The position numbers and the translations under genes were made by a program. A stretch of DNA of 63,858 nt, the filler included, from Octopus bimaculoides (taxonomy: Eukaryota): the NCBI RefSeq assembly GCF_001194135.2. It is 9 parts of 8 records of this genome, joined end to end, with 100 filler letters (N's around TTAATTAATTAA, not from the genome) between each part and the next. Parts side by side here need not be neighbours in the genome. Positions count along the whole stretch, not along the records: positions 32,612 to 39,475 come from NC_068982.1; positions 39,576 to 45,037 come from NC_068981.1; positions 45,138 to 53,234 come from NC_068987.1; 6 more parts are not named here. One strand, 5' to 3'. The notes beneath the pieces are model-generated. The model did no database searches. It saw only the letters and a list, made by a program, of their open reading frames with translations, and had not been told where the DNA came from. This document shows positions 37,034-48,618 of this stretch, piece by piece (the first letter of the stretch is position 1; each line of letters opens with the position of its first letter).

Positions 37034-37228
37034 CAGGGTGTCCACAAAGTCTGGGTACACGGGATTAACACATACTTTAAGAAATTATTATTTCTTATAT
37101 TTAATTGTTTATGCTATGATTTTGTTTACTCCATGTACCCACATGGGAATTAACACATATTTCTTACATTTAATTGTTTATGTTATGATTTTATTTACTC
37201 CATGTACCCAGACTTTATGGACACCCTG
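37034..37228. mobile_element. Tc1/mariner-type MITE, 195 bp
   Basis: 26-bp TIRs CAGGGTGTCCA(C/T)AAAGTCTGGGTACA with 1 mismatch; TA TSD at 37032-33 and 37229-30. Confidence 0.92.
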
Positions 37229-37831
37229 TATATTAGCTTTTCTTTGTTGTGGGATTTCTTTCGTTGTTTCTGGAGCAATTGTATATTCTTTTAAATAGAT
37301 TAAGTACAATATAAATTTCCTTATTTTAGTGATTAGTAGGGGGGGGGGTGNNNNNNNNNNGGGGGGGGGTGTCTTTGTTTTTGTTTTTGCTTGTTTTTCT
37401 TTTTCGCATGTGCTGTCTGATTAATGTTGTGTTGAACGATGATTGTGTATGATATGTTCTCAGGGATTTTTATTAATGATTGTTAACTGTAGAACGAGTG
37501 GTATGAGCTGTTGCCGATATTGTGTCAGATATTAGTGATGTAAGAATGCCTTATATTATTTTATTAAGTTGTGATAGTGTATACATGTTTTATGTGAGTT
37601 ATGTTATTTTATTGGGCAGTGATTGGTAAATAAGATGTAGTCAGTGGTTACCATTATGTCATTGTCTTCGCTAGTTAACTATGTATGAGTCCGTATGTAT
37701 GTATACATATATACATATACAGCATTTATTCAGCTGTTTACTCCTATATTATTGTTTCCAATAGTTAACTCTGTGTGTGTGTGTATGTGTCTGGCTGGCT
37801 GGCTGTCTGTCTGTGTGCGCGCATGCGTATA

Positions 37832-38048
37832 CAAGGGGATGCTGAAAAGTTCCTGGCTTTGGATAAGAGAAAATACAAGAGGATCAGTTAATTATGATTT
37901 TATCCAACATATTCCTCTCTCAGATTCACACACTTTTTGCAGCGGTCCTTCAGTTTTTCTAATCCCTGTAAAAGAACTCGGAAGTCTGAGCCTCTCACTA
38001 GGCCTTTCGCAATACCTTTAAAACCGGGAACTTTTCAGCACCCCCTTG
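37832..38048 (-). mobile_element. Mariner-derived MITE, 217 bp
   Basis: 29-bp TIRs (26/29 identical, CAAGGGGATGCTGAAAAGTTCC...) with TA TSD; the interior encodes a mariner C-terminus LQGLEKLKDRCKKCVNLREEYVG* on minus. Confidence 0.92.
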
Positions 38049-38427
38049 TATATCTATTCAATGGTCACTACTATTTAAGTAAGATCTCTTGAATGGCCAT
38101 TCCTACATAACAAATCAAGGAATTACCCGGTGATTTCATAATTTACTGATTGATAGAGTAAGACACTGACCATTATTTTGGAACACTTGCAACTGTTTGT
38201 CTTAAACAGAATATTCTAAGGCGTCACAATCTATTATAAGTTCGTAAGATCAAGCAGAATTCAATAGAACAGAAATTATGAGAAGTAGTCACCTCAACAG
38301 ACAAATCAAAACGAGGCTGATTATATCATGAGTAAATGAAACAAGAGATAGAAGCCTCGGTATCAAATATTTGTTGTATAAAACGAAATAAATTTATTTT
38401 ACATGAAGCGTAATTAATTCTAATGTA

Positions 38428-38750
38428 CAGTGGAAGCTGCTTATTATAATCATGGTAAATGCTATCAACTGGTTGTTGTCATCAAAATTAGCGTGCCCCA
38501 AACTCTCTATTTAAAATGAATTTAAAATTATAATTATCAGTGGTTATACTAATGAAGAAATTGTAAATGCAGACGAAACTGGATCAATTTGGAAACGAAT
38601 GCCCGATAAAACTTTCTCGACAAAGTGAGTAAAATTACAAGCAGAGTCCAAAGTAGATGATGACCGTCTAGCAATTTCATTGTGCCGAAATAGTACTTGT
38701 GGTTTCAAATTAAAACCACGTCAATCAATCCATCAAATGCCCGGGAAAAC
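38428..38750 (+). mobile_element. pogo/Tigger-like transposon fragment
   Basis: TA-CAGTGGAAGCTGCTTATTATAATC terminus; translation GYTNEEIVNADETGSIWKRMPDKTF...DRLAISLCRN...FKLKP (pogo DDE motif). Confidence 0.8.
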
Positions 38751-38754
38751 TGAC

Positions 38755-39138
38755 AAAAGTGGTCTTGTTTCATCAGGACAATGTTCCATCACGCAAGTCC
38801 TTGCTTTCAATGGCTGCTATGTGTGACTGTGGCTTTGAACTAGTCGATCGCCCTCCCTATTCTCCTGATTTGGCCCCATCTGACTATCATCTGTTTCCCA
38901 ATATGAAAAATCACTTGGCTGGGAACCAGTATCGCAGTGATGATGACGTCATATCTGCTGCTGATGACTTTTTTGGCAAACAGGATGAAAGCATCTTCAC
39001 TAATGAGATCCAAGCACTGCAACACCGATGGAAGAAGTGTATGCACCGCATGGGGAGCTATGTTGAAAAATAGACCTCATTTGGTAATACTCCATGATAG
39101 TATCTTGATCAGCCTATGAACTTTTCAGCTGATCCTTG
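38755..39138 (+). pseudogene. Mariner (irritans/Himar-like) transposase C-terminus plus 3' TIR
   Basis: VLFHQDN, PPYSPDLAPSDYHLFP and QHRWKKC...YVEK* (stop 39073); TIR GAACTTTTCAGCTGATCCTTG then TA. Confidence 0.9.
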
Positions 39139-39576
39139 TACAGAGACATAGCAAAAATCTCGGCTTCATTTACTCCAAAATATCATGAAATAAACGGTGA
39201 TAATTAGCTTGCAAGTTGTGAACTTCAATGTGAAAGAGCTTTTAAATTTAGAGCAGCTATATACATATAAGAATGAGGACAAGACGAAATAGGTGAAGTT
39301 GAGAGGTAAGCGAAAGAATTCACAATTACAGATGGAAAAACAAATGATAGAGCGGAGTTGAAAATACACTCAGCTATAAAGAATCATACAGAAAAAGAAG
39401 AAAGAAAAGTTGAAAGAAGGACCCCTCTTAAAAATCTTTAAAAACAGCCAACAACAACGTGGTTTTCTTTATATANNNNNNNNNNNNNNNNNNNNNNNNN
39501 NNNNNNNNNNNNNNNNNNNTTAATTAATTAANNNNNNNNNNNNNNNNNNNNNNNNNNNNNNNNNNNNNNNNNNNNG

Positions 39577-39985
39577 CAATTAGACCAGATATAGTTGTCA
39601 AAGATCATGAAGAAAAAAATGCTTTCTAATTGATGTATCAATACCAGCAGATGACAACGTTTCTCTAAAAGAAATGGAAAAACTTTCAAAATACAAAGAC
39701 CTGGAAATAGAGGTAACTCGAATGTGGAATCTAAAAACAGAAACAATTCCTATCATAGCAGGTGCCTTAGGTATAATAAAAAGATATTCAGACAAATACA
39801 TAACAAAAACACCAGGACTTACAAATATATATAACATACAGAAAATTGCACTACTGGGCACTGCACACATTCTACGCAAAACACTTTCAATACAGTAACC
39901 ATAGGAGCACCACAGCAAACCACAGCACATACCCAAGAGAGTAGTGAAGTGAAAGCACGTTATAAAAATAAAACTACAGAACAAT
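39577..39985 (+). mobile_element. R4-clade element 3' end (subfamily b)
   Basis: LIDVSIPADDNVSLKEMEKLSKYKDLEIEVTRMW...TAHILRKTLSIQ* contains the REL D..P.D...K motif; 3' UTR followed by (AAT)n. Confidence 0.9.
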
Positions 39986-40057
39986 AATAATAATAATAAT
40001 AATAATAATATCGAAAAATATCTTAGGAATGAGAACCCAGGTTCGAAATTTCCCCAA

Positions 40058-40103
40058 GACACCCGATGAAGGCTGGAGGGTATATCAGCCGAAACATTGT
40101 GTT
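40058..40103 (+). ncRNA. Minimal hammerhead motif, probably inactivated
   Basis: GACAC-CCGATGA-A-GGCTG(10 nt)CAGCC-GAAAC-ATT-GTGTT; stems I and II intact, but U4>C and G16.2>A. Confidence 0.65.
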
Positions 40104-40159
40104 AACAACAAACAAGATGAGAACAAATATCCGTCAATTGTAAATAATGTAAATAATGT

Positions 40160-40420
40160 TAGAACGTAAAGACAAAAAGGCGGATGAAACCCTGCTAAGC
40201 ATTGTGTCCGGCGTGTTAACGATTCTGCCAGCTCGCCGCTTTATTGTTTCACATTTTGGCAGGTGATTTTGTGTGGGAGACAATTAAGTCGATGATGTCG
40301 TCCTCAGTACTTGACTGGTACTTTATTTCATCGATCCCGCTGGGATGAAAGGCAAGTTTGACTTCGGCGGAATTTGAACTCAGAATGTAAAGAGCCGGAC
40401 CGACGATGAAAGCGGTAAGG
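40160..40420 (-). mobile_element. Two adjacent SINE B pieces
   Basis: CTGCCAGCTCGCCGC head complement, then GACTTCGGCGGAATTTGAACTCAG. Confidence 0.75.
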
Positions 40421-40439
40421 CCAATGATGTTATTGATAA

Positions 40440-41400
40440 AACATAATGGTGATGATGAAGACGACAATGACAATGATGACGACGACGACGACGACGATGA
40501 TGATGATGATGCAGACTTTTACAACAACGACGATGACGATGATGACGATGATAATGATGACGATGATAATGATGACAGCAATGCCGATCTGATGAATACG
40601 TGTGTGTATGTGTATGTGTGTGTGTGTATGTGTTTTGTGTGTGTGTGCGTGTGTGTGTGCGTGTGTATGTGCGTGTGTGCGTGCGTGGGTGTGTGTGTGT
40701 TTGTATTAATACTGGTGCGGGTCGGGGAGACAGGAAGAATGGAATCACTTAAAGCTGTCTGTTGTCTATGGACACAGTTTTAACTACCCCTCCCGGCACG
40801 ACCTGCACCACCATCGCCACCAACACCACCATCACCACAGCTATCAATACCGCAATCAACACCGCCACCACTATCCATTTATATCTCAGCCACGACGACG
40901 ACGACGACGACCACCACCACCACCACCACCACCACCACCNNNNNNNNNNNNNNNNNNNNNNNNNNNNNNNNNNNNNNNNNNNNNNNNNNNNNNNNNNNNN
41001 NNNNNNNNNNNNNNNNTATCCCACCAATACCCCCACCAACACCACCTCTACCAAACCACCACCACCACCACCACCACCATAGTACAATATTTAACACTGC
41101 CACTCCAGCCACGACGAATACCACAATCATCCCAACCAGTCTCCACTCCATCACCACTACTACAACAATATCTCACTACCACCACCACCACCACCACCTT
41201 CACCTTCTTCTCCAAGCCGTATTTTCTCTGTCTGTCTGTCTGTGTGTCGGTCAATGCATTTCAGTCTATTGTTACAAAAGGCAGCCACTTTAATTAACCA
41301 CTGTTCTTCCTGGCAGACATTTCAACAGAGAATATGCGGCGGCAGTTAGTGTCTGGGTTAGGCTGGTATGATGGGCATCGCTGGTGCGATAAGACTAGTT

Positions 41401-41466
<66 letters not shown>

Positions 41467-41495
41467 CAGCAGTAGTAGTAGTAGTAGTTGTTGTT
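40440..41495. repeat. Degenerate (GAT/GAC)n, (TG)n, (CAC)n and (TAG)n low-complexity field
   Basis: Directly visible; yields the poly-D/H/T/P/Y ORFs. Confidence 0.9.
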
Positions 41496-41644
41496 GTTGC
41501 TTAGCCCCCGAGTCATTTCTGATCCAATGGGCCTGTAATCAAAGGGCACCTCGACCGTGGACTGTCTTGTATTTTCTTTCGTTCTTTCGCGCAATATGCT
41601 TGGAACTAGATTATCCCGTATATCCTCTTTTACATTTCTAAAGA

Positions 41645-41815
41645 TGCATGGCTGTGTGTTGATGGAGAGCTGACTGTTATTTAGGCATGGCCGTGTGGTT
41701 TCCGGTTCAATCCCACTTTGCGTCATCTTAAACAAATGTGTTTTACTCTAGCCCCGAGCTGCTCAATGCCTTGTGAGTAAATTTGGCTGGCGGAAACTGC
41801 ATGGAAGTCCGACGT
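41645..41815 (+). mobile_element. SINE family A, 5' half, diverged
   Basis: GGTTCAATCCCACT...CCTTGTGAGTAAATTTGG...GGAAACTGCATGGAAG followed by (TA)n. Confidence 0.7.
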
Positions 41816-42837
41816 ATATATATATATATATATATAGATAGATAGATAATACAGAATGGGACATGAACGCAAAACATCCAGACAGTTAGGTGATACAAGA
41901 AAGGGACACAACATCCAGATAGACGATACAAAGAAAACACGGACAGGTCATTCGGAGTTTCCTTTCCTCAGTTGAGATCCATATTATCCTTGCAATTTCG
42001 GCTGGTTATTCTCGATATTGCTCCAATCTGGCCACTCCTAAGGAAAAACTAAGCTAAGAGCATTAGATTCCTTGGAAGAAAGCAGCGAATGTATTCAAAA
42101 ACAAGGACGGAAGAAAAACGAACAATGTTACACAAATACAATAAAAGTGATAAAAATAATATCAGGACATAACNNNNNNNNNNNNNNNNNNNNNNNNNNN
42201 NNNNNNNNNNNNNNNNNNNNNNNNNNNNNNNNNNNNNNNNNNNNNNNNNNNNNNNNNNNNNNNNNNNNNNNNNNNNNNNNNNNNNNNNNNNNNNNNNNNN
42301 NNNNNNNNNNNNNNNNNNNNNNNNNNNNNNNNNNNNNNNNNNNNNNNNNNNNNNNNNNNNNNNNNNNNNNNNNNNNNNNNNNNNNNNNNNNNNNNNNNNN
42401 NNNNNNNNNNNNNNNNNNNNNNNNNNNNNNNNNNNNNNNNNNNNNNNNNNNNNNNNNNNNNNNNNNNNNNNNNNNNNNNNNNNNNNNNNNNNNNNNNNNN
42501 NNNNNNNNNNNNNNNNNNNNNNNNNNNNNNNNNNNNNNNNNNNNNNNNNNNNNNNNNNNNNNNNNNNNNNNNNNNNNNNNNNNNNNNNNNNNNNNNNNNN
42601 NNNNNNNNNNNNNNNNNNNNNNNNNNNNNNNNNNNNNNNNNNNNNNNNNNNNNNNNNNNNNNNNNNNNNNNNNNNNNNNNNNNNNNNNNNNNNNNNNNNN
42701 NNNNNNNNNNNNNNNNNNNNNNNNNNNNNNNNNNNNTATATATATATATATATATATATGTTCTTAATGTTGTAGGAAGAGCGCAAATATATACATAAAC
42801 TGACAGGGAAGGTAACCGCCTCATAACCGTCTCGAAG

Positions 42838-42891
42838 ATCAACCAGACTAGGTCTAGTTTCGCCTATACCTTAGGCATCGTCAGTGGTGAC
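42838..42891 (-). ncRNA. Type I hammerhead ribozyme, intact core, GUC cleavage triplet
   Basis: Minus strand GTC-ACCA-CTGACGA-T-GCCTA(AGGTA)TAGGC-GAA-ACTAG(AC)CTAGT-C-TGGT-TGAT; all three stems pair; predicted cleavage between 42846 and 42845. Confidence 0.85.
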
Positions 42892-43009
42892 TGCTCGAAC
42901 GGCTCGTGGTCGGCTAATTTCGTCTGCCAGCATATATATATTTATCATAAAAATTTATGGATGATTTAACGAAATGCTAATGCATACACTGAAAATTACT
43001 ATAAGCAGC

Positions 43010-43700
43010 CAGGCGCAATGACTGCAGTGGTAGTAGTGGTGTTGGTGTTAGTGGTGGTGGTGGTGGTACTGCTGACTGTAGTGGCGGTAGTGGTATTGGT
43101 GGTAGTGATAGTCGTGGCGGTGGTGATGTTGGTTGTAGTGGTTGTGATTATCATGATGGCGACAGTATGGTAATGGTGCATAACCTGGGTAGTGGCGGTG
43201 GTAGTAGTGGTAGTGGTACCGGCGCTGCTGACAGTGGTATTGGTGGTGATGGTGACAACAGTCGTGGCTGTGATTGCAGTGATGTCTACAGTATGGTAAT
43301 GGTGATGACTGTGGTACTGTTAGTGGTGATAACTGTGGTAGTAGTGATACTTGAAGTGGTGGTTGAGGTGATAGTGGTGGTTATTGTAGTGGTTATGACA
43401 ACGAAACAACAGTGGTGATAGTAGTGGACAGTGGCGGTGGTTGTAGCAATTGTAACACAATGGTAATGGTTGTGGTAGTGGTTATTGTTACTGATATGAT
43501 AAAAGCATTTGGTATGGTGGTAGTGGTAATTACAGAAGTGTTGGTGGTAGTTACAGTGGTGGCAGTTATTGCAACACTTGAAATGCTATTGTTATTGACG
43601 TAAAAGAAATAGCTTGGGGAGGTTAGAGTAGTTGTGTTGATAGTAGTGATTGGGATGTTAATGTGTTGGTGTTGGTAGCAGTGTCGTTGTTGCTATTGTC
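43010..43700. repeat. Degenerate (GTG/GTA)n triplet field
   Basis: Period-3 G/T-rich sequence; source of the poly-V/T/G ORFs. Confidence 0.85.
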
Positions 43701-43719
43701 TTTTAATCTCGGACAAAGC

Positions 43720-44320
43720 AGCAAGCTGGCAGAATTAGAAACATTTATTACTAGAGAGTTGTTAGAATACCTAACAGGATTAGTTCCTTGTTCTCTGAGT
43801 TCAAATCAGGCCGATGTTGACTTTGTTTTTCATTCTTTCGGGCTTGATAGAGTAAAGTTGTTGTTGGCACTCCGTCGCTTACGACGTCCAGTTGATCCGA
43901 TCAACGGAACAGCCTGCTCGTGAAATTAACGTGCAAGTGGCTGAGCACGCCACAGACACGTGTACTCTTAACGTGGTTCTCGGGGATATTCAGCGTGACA
44001 CAGTGTGACAAGGCTGACCCTTTGAATTACAGGCACAACAGAAACAGGAAGTAAGAGCGAGAGAAAGTTGTGGTGAAAGAGTACAGCAGGGTTCGCCACC
44101 ATCCCCTGCCAGAGCCTCGTGGAGCTTTAGGTGTTTTCGCTCAATAAACACTCACAACGCCCGATCTGGGAATCGAAACTGCGATCCTATGACCGCGAGT
44201 CCGCTGCCCTAACCACTGGGCCCATAGCGTCTCCACAGAGTAAAGTACCAGTCAAGTACTGGGATCGGTTCTATCGGCTTACTCCCTCCTCTTCTCTAAG
44301 TTGCTGGCTTTGTGCATAAA
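43720..44320 (+). mobile_element. SINE B interrupted by a SINE C insertion
   Basis: B sequence stops at GATAGAGTAAAGT (43858) and resumes AGAGTAAAGTACCAG (44237). Confidence 0.85.
43859..44236 (-). mobile_element. SINE family C with 10-bp TSD
   Basis: TSD AGAGTAAAGT at 43849-43858 and 44237-44246. Confidence 0.95.
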
Positions 44321-44351
44321 TCAAAAACAGTTTTTTAAATCTAGTGCAAAA

Positions 44352-44680
44352 AGGCGAGCTGGCAGATTCGTTAGAGCGTCAGAAAAAATGCTTCGCGGTA
44401 GTCAGTATTTTTTGAATGTACTGAGTTCAAATTCGGCTGTGATCAGCTTTGCCTGCGTCGATAAGATAACGTTTCAGTTAAATACAAAAGTCGAAGGTAT
44501 CGATTAACCTCTCCTCTCAAAATTGCTGGTCTTGTGCCTAAATCGGAAACCATTAACTTTAAATCAACAATGATCTAACAAATATATAATGGTTTCAAAT
44601 TTTGGCCCAAATCCAGCAAGTTCGGGGATGGGATAAGTCGATTACATCGACCCCCAGTGCTCAACTGGCACTTAATTTTA
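44352..44680. mobile_element. SINE B plus copy (44352-44555) and minus partial (44590-44680), tail to tail
   Basis: GGCGAGCTGGCAGA head; GGTTTCAAATTTTGG...GTCGATTACATCGACCCCAG minus tail. Confidence 0.75.
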
Positions 44681-44720
44681 AGACTAGCTTGTCCGTTACA
44701 TCCAATCTTTCTTTTTCTTT

Positions 44721-44951
44721 TCGCCCTTTCAAAGCCTAGCTAGGCTCATGGGCCCGGTTTCCCGGTTTCAATGGCGTATATGTTCCCCAGTCCATCGCAG
44801 CTTTACTCATTTTTGCCAGCTGAGTGGACTGGAGCAACGTGAAATGAAGTGTTTTGCTCAAGAACACAACGCGTCGCCCGGTCCAGGAATCGACACCACA
44901 ATCTTACGATCATGATGCTGACACCCTAACCACTAAGCCACGCGCCTCCAC
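44721..44951 (-). mobile_element. SINE family D, full length
   Basis: tRNA-like head, CORE-like TTCTTGAGCAAAACACTTCATT, then GCTGCGATGGACTGG module and CTAGGCTTTGAAAGGG tail. Confidence 0.88.
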
Positions 44952-45137
44952 GTTATATCCAATAGTTCAATAGTTCTCAATAAATGTGATGAGTGTTTTT
45001 TTTGTTGTTGTTGTTCAGCCCGTTCCAGACCTGATCGNNNNNNNNNNNNNNNNNNNNNNNNNNNNNNNNNNNNNNNNNNNNTTAATTAATTAANNNNNNN
45101 NNNNNNNNNNNNNNNNNNNNNNNNNNNNNNNNNNNNN

Positions 45138-45710
45138 GAAGTGGCACTTATTTTATCAACCCCGAAAGGATGAAAAGTAAATTCGATCCCTGTGGAATTT
45201 GAACTCAGAACGTAAAGATAGACGAAATGCCGCTTATCATTTTGTCCATCGTGTTAACGATTCTTATTTCTTTACTGCCCACAAGGGGCTACACACAGAG
45301 GGGACAAACAAGGACAGACAAACGGATTAAGTCGATTATATCAACCCCAGTGTGTAACTTGTACTTATTTAATCGACCCCCGAAAGGATGAAAGGCAAAA
45401 TCGACCTCGGCGGAATTTGAACTCAGAACGTAGCGGCAGACGAAATATCACTAAGCGTGCTAACGATTCTGCCAGCTCACCGCCTTAACCAAAGCAAATA
45501 TTGATTTCAAATTTTGGCACAATGCCAGCAATTTTGGGAGAGGAGTAAGTCGATTACATCGACCCCAGTGCTCAACTGATACTTATTTTATACATCACGA
45601 AAGGATGAAAAAAATAGCAAAGTTAATCTCGACGACGTAAAGCCGGATGAAATGTCACTAAGCATTGTGTCCGATGTGTTAATGATTCTACCAGCTCGCA
45701 GTCTTAACTG
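45138..45710 (-). mobile_element. Three tandem SINE B copies
   Basis: Repeated CCCGAAAGGATGAAA / GAATTTGAACTCAGAACG / GTTAACGATTCT-type motifs. Confidence 0.85.
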
Positions 45711-46099
45711 CTGACACAATGAGAGGAACTATCAATATAATTTGCGTGTGTTTATCATGTGTGTATTTGTGTGCATATGTGTGTGTGTACGATAGAGGTC
45801 TCCGTGAGTTAAAGTGTTCAGTTATTAATGATATTGCGGCGACAATTCAATCAAAGAAACCTATCCTTAATCAGAGCTAGTCGTGTCGCAAATCGACATA
45901 AATACTGCTTTTTGCCTGTTTGTTTTTTGAGTAGGCTTGAGGGTTTAAGGTGACATCGTAAGGGGAGCGAGTTGCTGTGGCGTAGGTGCTTATCCGAAGA
46001 TAATAAGGAACCTAAATGACGCAAGAGACGCAACGAAAGATTGAGCCAGCAACCGCATTCTCGGTTTGCGAGAACTTAACCTTCGCAGTCAACTATATG

Positions 46100-46477
46100 G
46101 TCGGCACTCCGTCGGTTACGACAACGAGGGTTCCAGTTGATCCGAACAGCGGAACAGCCTGCTCGTGAAATTAACGTGCAAGTGGCTGAGCACTCCACAG
46201 ACACGTGTACTCTTAACGTAGTTCTCAGGGAGATTCAGCGTGACAAAGAGTATGACAAGGTTGGCTCTTTGAAATACAGGTACAACAGAACCAGGAAGAA
46301 AGAGTGAGAGAAAGTTATGGTAAAAGAGTACAGCAGGGTTCGCCACCATCCCCTGCCGGAGCCTTGTGGAACTTTGGGAGTTTTCGCTCAATAAACACTC
46401 ACAACGCCTGGGAATCGAAACCGCGATCCTACAACCGAGAGTCCGCTGCCCTAACCACTGGGCCATTGCGCCTCCAC
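46100..46477 (-). mobile_element. SINE family C with 10-bp TSD
   Basis: TSD CAACTATATG at 46090-46099 and 46481-46490. Confidence 0.93.
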
Positions 46478-46884
46478 CAACAACTATATGATATAAAGAG
46501 AAATCGACAACATTATAAACGAGACAGCAAAAGGTTGGGAAGAAAAAGGGAGGGTCGTGGGGAAGATGAGCTTAATTTAATCGACACCGATAATTACAGG
46601 TACTTATTCTATCAATGCAGCAAAGTCAACTTTGGTAGACTTTGAACTACAAAGTGTAAAGGAATGTTGAAACAGTTATTATTGTATTTTCAATGAGTCA
46701 CCATTAACCAATAATGATAAACACTGATTCATTCTTGTTATGATTCAGGTCTTTGTTTTTTCAACTCTTTGATTGTCTGGCTATTTGGTTGTGAATATCA
46801 AAGTCTCTTGCTACACTTCTATGACGTATCCTTTGAGTTCTGTAGTTACGATCAAAGAAGTAAATAATAATAATTATAATTATA

Positions 46885-47090
46885 ATGATGGTTTCAAATT
46901 TTGCAGCCATTTTGCGGGAGGGGATGAGTCGATTACATCGACCCCAGTATTCAACTATTACTTGTTTTATCGACCTCGAAATGATGAAAAGCAAAACGAC
47001 CTCAGTTGAATTTGAACTCAGAACGTAAAGATGGACTAAATGCCGCCAAGCATTTTGCCCGTCGGGCTAACGATTCTGCCAGCTCGTCGT
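46885..47090 (-). mobile_element. SINE family B
   Basis: GGTTTCAAATTTTG tail through CTGCCAGCTCGTCG head. Confidence 0.85.
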
Positions 47091-47091
47091 T

Positions 47092-47140
<49 letters not shown>

Positions 47141-47142
47141 TA

Positions 47143-47173
<31 letters not shown>

Positions 47174-47174
47174 C

Positions 47175-47216
<42 letters not shown>

Positions 47217-47217
<1 letters not shown>

Positions 47218-47497
47218 GAGGTAACTCGAATGTGGAATCTAAAAACAGAAACAATCCCTATCATAGTAGGTGCCTTAGGTGTAATAAAAAAATATTCAGA
47301 CAAATACATAACAAAAACACCAGGACTTACAAATATATATAACATACAGAAAATTGCACTACTGGGCACTGCACACATCCTACGCAAAACACTTTCAATA
47401 CAGTAATCATAAGAGCATCACAGCAAACCACAGCACATACCCAAGGCACACAGAGCTGCGCTCGGTAGTGAAGTGAAAGCACGTTATAAAAATAAAA
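47217..47497 (+). mobile_element. R4-clade element 3' end (subfamily b) embedded in (AAT)n
   Basis: (AAT)n, then EVTRMWNLKTETIPIIVGALG...ILRKTLSIQ* (stop 47406), 3' UTR, then (AAT)n. Confidence 0.92.
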
Positions 47498-47599
47498 CTA
47501 CTCAACAATAATAATAATAATAATAATAATAATGAGGATAATGATAATAATAATAATGAGGATGATAATAATAATAATGTTAATAATAATAATAATAAT

Positions 47600-47816
47600 A
47601 ATAGTTTCAAATTTTTCCACAAGGGCAGTCATTCTGGGGGAGAGGGTAAGTCGATTACGACGACCCCATTGTTTCATTGGTATTAAATTTATCGACCTCG
47701 AAAGTATGAAAGGCAAAATCGACCTCGGTGGAATTCGAACTCAGAGCGTAGCAACGGGCGAAATACCTCTAAGCATTTCGTCCATCGTGCTAACGATTCT
47801 GCCAGCTCGCCGCCTT

Positions 47817-47865
<49 letters not shown>

Positions 47866-48080
47866 GTTTAAAATTTTGCCACAAGGGCAGTAATTTTGAA
47901 GAAGGGGAAGAGTCAATTACATCGACCTCAGTGTTCAATTGTTATTTATTTTATCAATCCCGAGAGGATGAAAGGCAAAGTCGACCTCGACGAAATTTGA
48001 ACTCAAACCGTAAAGACAGACTAAATGCCGCTAAGTATTTTGCCTGGCGTGCTAACGATTCTGCCAAGTTCGCCGCCTTT
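47600..48080 (-). mobile_element. Two SINE B copies separated by (AAT)n
   Basis: Cores at about 47700-47750 and 47965-48010. Confidence 0.85.
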
Positions 48081-48539
48081 CTTAGTCTTTTAATCATGAA
48101 AAACTCTTAAATATTTCAGACTCTCCACCGGATCATTTTCATTATAGAAACTATATTAGAGTAATTAATAAAGTAATTAATACTAAACTAGTGTCACAAG
48201 TCCCAGGACTCATAGGGCCAGTTACCCGGTTTCCATACTATATAAGTGATGGTGATCCTCGCATTCTCTATGAACCGGACACCAGCTCGTCGCAAGGTTA
48301 CTCATTTGCAACCGTGTGGACTGGAGCATCATGGAATGAAATATTTTGCTCAATCAAGTGAATACTCTTGGGTGAAGATATTTTGAGTGGACATATTGTA
48401 ATGACGATTCTCCAAGTTATGGAGTGACGGATCTTCAATTTAATATTCCGGGGTGAGAATTGTTCCGGTGATCCATTTTTTTCATTATACTACATTTATT
48501 ACCACTTGTTTGTTGCTTGCTAGACTTACTTTTATGGAT

Positions 48540-48618
<79 letters not shown>

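Noticed and set aside
45940-46040. GDIVRGASCCGVGAY as a tetraspanin CCG exon
   Set aside because: It lacks the downstream DW/DF and PxSC motifs, and splice support is weak.
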